From Octopus bimaculoides (Eukaryota), in NCBI RefSeq assembly GCF_001194135.2, contig NC_068981.1, positions 126,989,097 to 127,053,096 of the forward strand: 64,000 bases of DNA, given 5' to 3'. The position numbers were made by a program, and so were the translations under genes. Positions within the stretch are counted from its first letter, which is position 1. Each line of letters starts with the position of its first letter. Positions 60,139-64,000 of this stretch are shown one piece after another. The notes below the pieces were generated by a model. That model made no database searches and was not told where the DNA came from. It saw only the letters and a program-made list of their open reading frames with translations.

Positions 60139-61202
60139 TGTTCTCGAGAGATAAATAAGTTAACGTTTAACAATTCTTTCTTCTATAGGCACAAGGCCGG
60201 GAATTTTGGAGGGAGTGGGGATAGTCGATCACAGCGAACCCCAGTGCTAAATTGGTATTTATTTTATCGTCCCTGAAAGAATGAAAGGCAAAGTCAACTG
60301 CGGCGGAATTTGAACTCCGAACATAAACAAAAATTTGCCTCTTAGCATTTAACGATTCTGTACGTTTTGTCATTGGAATAGTGTTCTCCTTTATAATCAT
60401 TTTACTTCACTAAAAGAGAGAGAGACAGAAAAAAAAAGCTAACTCAGAGGAGAAAGACCTCAGCTGATCTAAGAAAAAGTCTCAATGGGTAGTTGTCGAA
60501 CTGAAGATTGATTTGATAAATATTGTCTTTTAGCCATATAATAATAATAAGCAAGCACTAAAAAACTAGAGTTGAAAATATTAGTTAGTGAAAGCAAAAG
60601 TAATGAAGTATTCTCATGGTAATAATTAATTTTTAGCATAGTAGGGGAAAGGAAAAGTCGATTGAGATCGCCAGCGGATCCTGGCGTGTGGCAAAACATG
60701 ACGAAGATAGGGAACTACTGTGTTTACAAATTAGTATTCCAGTTAGCTGTGATCTAAAACAGTCTAGTGCGACCTGCTGTACTTTCTGAATTACATGCCT
60801 AACGAAAATTAACCTTGAATTTTTTTTTAGTAGTGCAACATGTCTCGTGCTCCGCTCCTTGAAAAAGGTTGCTCATGCCTGATCGAAAGCATTCCAGCAG
60901 GGCTATCTAGGACTGCATTATTCAATGGGTTATTTTCTTATTTTTAAGACAGTATTGTGTGATTTGAAGGAAATGTAACTACAGGTCCAACAACAGAGTA
61001 CCTTGTCCGAGTTGGCATCACATGTTTCGGTTGGTTTTAAGTAAAGCAACATTGGAACACATTGAAATATCTCACGCACACGAGGTGAACAAACGAAAGT
61101 AGCATTCTATTCGTTTAGTTGGAGTTGTGTATTTAACGGGTTAACTCTACTCCAATTCACTCAAGTTTCATGGATGCATACACCCCACCCCATCTCGCTT
61201 GT

Positions 61203-61234
<32 letters not shown>

Positions 61235-61500
61235 CACTATTGTGTAGACTGTTGAATGTAAGCATATATCGCTGGTTACAATGCGCTTCTTCGTGTTGTA
61301 GCCCTAATTGATGCCACCCCGCATGCAGGCGAGCCAACATTCGCTCTGAGTGAATTGGAGTGTTTTGCTGAAGAATAAACGCACAATCAAAACCACGATC
61401 TTGCCAATGTGACTGCAACTTTCTTAGGGATGGAGGAAATCAATAGCTACAAGCAAATAGTATTGAATGATCGTACAGTTTGTGCATCCAAACGTGTGTG

Positions 61501-61559
<59 letters not shown>

Positions 61560-63431
61560 ATACACGCGCGCACATACATATAATGGAGGGTGTGAGCTGG
61601 ATGGGGCGGGGAATAATGCTTATACTGGACCCACTGCACTTTGGTGTATTTAAAAATAAAATATCTTCCTCCATAGAATGAGCTATTGTGAGCGTGAAAA
61701 AAAACCAAAATCAATTTAGCAAAATAACTGTGGCATATGTTAAATTCTTGAATGATCCACACTAGTTGGAACCACGAACCAATGAGGGAGTTTCTATGTG
61801 GTCGCAGTCTGCTAAAAATAGCAGTCAAATCTCTCAAAGCATTTTCTAACGTCCTTAAAAATAACAAGATTGTATTTTGTAACATAATCTGAGACAAACA
61901 ACGTCTGAAAGAACTGGAAGGTCATTGCTAGAAAGTATTCGATCATAGGCTTGCTTGATTAAGGTTGATCGGGAGCAAAAACAATTCGTTGGAACAGGCC
62001 TCGAATTCCAATTTGAATCACTGTTTACTTCGTTCATGAATTAAGAAGCGGTGTTGATGTCGCAGATTTCTTCAAACACGTCTGTTCGTCGTCTTATCTA
62101 AGTAATATATCTAGGGCTTCGCACTATCGTAAAAACAGTTTTTAAAACAATGGGGGGGGGGGAATAATATTGACAATAATGTCTTTAGGTTACAAATCCA
62201 TGCGATAGAGGAGTAAAACCGTATGACATTAATGCCTTTCTCAGTACCACAAATGGTTAAAATGCAGTGAAATAGATTTGAGGCAGCGCGCCAAGCTGCC
62301 ATAACAAGAAGAAAAGGAAAAAGAGATCATCACAATGATTGATGTATGTAAATAATGCGCTTTCCCTAATTAAGATGTTGGCGCACCAATGAAGACTGGT
62401 TTTTCATATACTGATTCAAGGGAGAATATACACTGGAGTAATTTCCCGTGGCTTCTCCAGGCCCAAGGTAGGATTTCGAAGTTCAGCGCTGCAAGAAACA
62501 CATGTTATTCATATACATTGTTCCTCTGCACGACAAATTACAGAGCACAATGGGTGCTACAAGTGTGTTAATCCCTTGGACACCGAAATTTGCAATACTA
62601 AATACCACCGGCAACAGAAAATGTGAAATAATTATAGTAATAATTAAACTGTTTTGACACGAGTGCTTGTTTATTATTACATAACACTTCTAATTTTATA
62701 TTTCTTTTTTTGTCAGGAATCTAACGCGAAAAGACAATTTTTTCGGACAACATCAAGCGGTTTCTTCAGTAGAATCCAAGATAGCTTTCACTTACCTTCT
62801 TATATGTTAATTTCAGCATATAGTAAATAGGTTGTGTGAAAATGTTTTACTCGAGGTTTTTTTCTTTCGTAAATTAATACATCATCCGATTAACAAAAAG
62901 CGACTAAATCTATATACATTAAAAAAAAAGTAATAATTTTTAAAAAACGGCCGATCGGCCATCTAACAACTTAAGTACTATTTCTTTACAAACTTGAAAT
63001 AATTGTACGAAAGACAACTCTGCTATTAGTCAATTTCTAATCTAATCAAATCGGTCTACACGTTCAAAGCTTTGGTACAAAGGTGAAAATATTAACGGTG
63101 ATTACTATAGAAAACTGTCGATGTTTAGGCACCAAATTAAGGATTTTTTGAAATATTTTATTTAGGAAAAAGTAACAAATTTAGGGGAAGGGATATAGTT
63201 GATAAGATTACAACTTAGTTGCTCGCCCTTGAAGTTGGTCCTGGCAAGATTTGAACTCAGAAAGCAAAGTATTGTTTCAAGTGTTTATTGTTAGTTGGAA
63301 ATTAAAGGAGACAACAAGGTTATATTGGAGGAGCTGGACGACAGTCACCCTCCAGCTCCACCATTCTCCTCCCAAATTTGTTGCCTCATAACTTCCAGAA
63401 AAATGGATATTTTATAACAAAATTTTCTATG

Positions 63432-63998
63432 AATACGCTTCAGGTGGTGTAGATTCTGATTATATCGGAATTTTTTTTTTATGAAAAAATAAAGTTTTCC
63501 GACGGTGGGGCGAGAAGTTTCAGAAAATTCGCACGAGACTGCTTTCTTTACTCAACTGTCAGAAAATTGGGTAATTTTTTTTTTTTTTTTTTTTTTGTAA
63601 TCACCTTTCAGAGTATGTAGATTACGTTTACATCGGAATTTAATATGAAAAACAAAGAAAATTGGTGGGTTCGTACGCATACATACTAACACACGTCACA
63701 AAGTGAAACTTGAAATTCTGGAAAGATCAAATTCTGATATAATCGTAATTTACACACTATGAGAAGTATTTGGTGAAAATTTCATTAAAAACTATCCATT
63801 TTTTGGGGCTGAAAGTTGTGAGGAAAATTGTGTAGATTTTGTGAATCGTGTGAATTTTCTGAAACTCCTCACCCCACCGTCAGAAAAAATTTTCTCACAA
63901 CTCATATGAATTTCCCGAAGCTCCTCTTCCCACTCACCAAAAAATGTTTTCACAACAAATTCCGATAGAATCAGAATCTACACCATCTGAAGCGTATT
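63432..63998. mobile_element. Foldback/MITE-like element with long inverted repeats (may extend beyond the window)
   Basis: 63432-63474 vs 63957-63998 and 63495-63537 vs 63846-63887 are inverted copies; related motif at 935-960. Confidence 0.65.
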
Positions 63999-64000
63999 TG

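Noticed and set aside
62111-62302. Alternative first exon MAAWRAASNLF.. on -
   Set aside because: Only weak donors (GTACTG or GC) and no promoter motifs or homology.
62375-62467. Possible + strand 93-nt exon (VGAPMKTGFSY..)
   Set aside because: Plausible splice sites but no recognisable protein and no partner exons.
1-64000. CRISPR arrays, rRNA genes, operons or other prokaryotic systems
   Set aside because: None seen; the window is spliced eukaryotic DNA and the recurrent sequences are dispersed transposons, not repeat-spacer arrays.

Overview
AT-rich, repeat-dense animal genomic DNA with N gaps at 1182-1836, 10123-10187, 15749-15804, 25532-25541, 31889-32294, 51493-51689 and 55774-55784. 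The SINE and RTE families look like those of an Octopus genome (inference, not verified). Two convergent genes can be built by hand with consistent splice phases. TMEM17 (+ strand, 4 exons, 2588-17538, 191 aa) encodes a ciliary transition-zone protein. A PAGR1/PA1 homologue (- strand, 60038-32642, 4 exons, about 1875 aa) has its small conserved core fused to a ~1700-aa Q/S/P-rich disordered tail encoded by one 5.16-kb exon. The rest is mostly tRNA-derived SINEs, RTE and CR1-like LINE relics, Tc1/mariner relics and MITEs. The most unusual object is a 230-bp mini-LTR element in PAGR1 intron 1 (46448-46677). It has 58-bp TG..CA repeats and an ATAT target-site duplication, and its body is a CCA-ended tRNA-Pro copy with substitutions at the I34, m1G37 and m1A58 positions, i.e. 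apparently a reverse-transcribed mature primer tRNA. Also notable: a Penelope-type inverted repeat carrying one intact and one core-deleted hammerhead ribozyme motif, and an orphan first exon at 681-707. Repeat coordinates are by eye and approximate unless stated otherwise.
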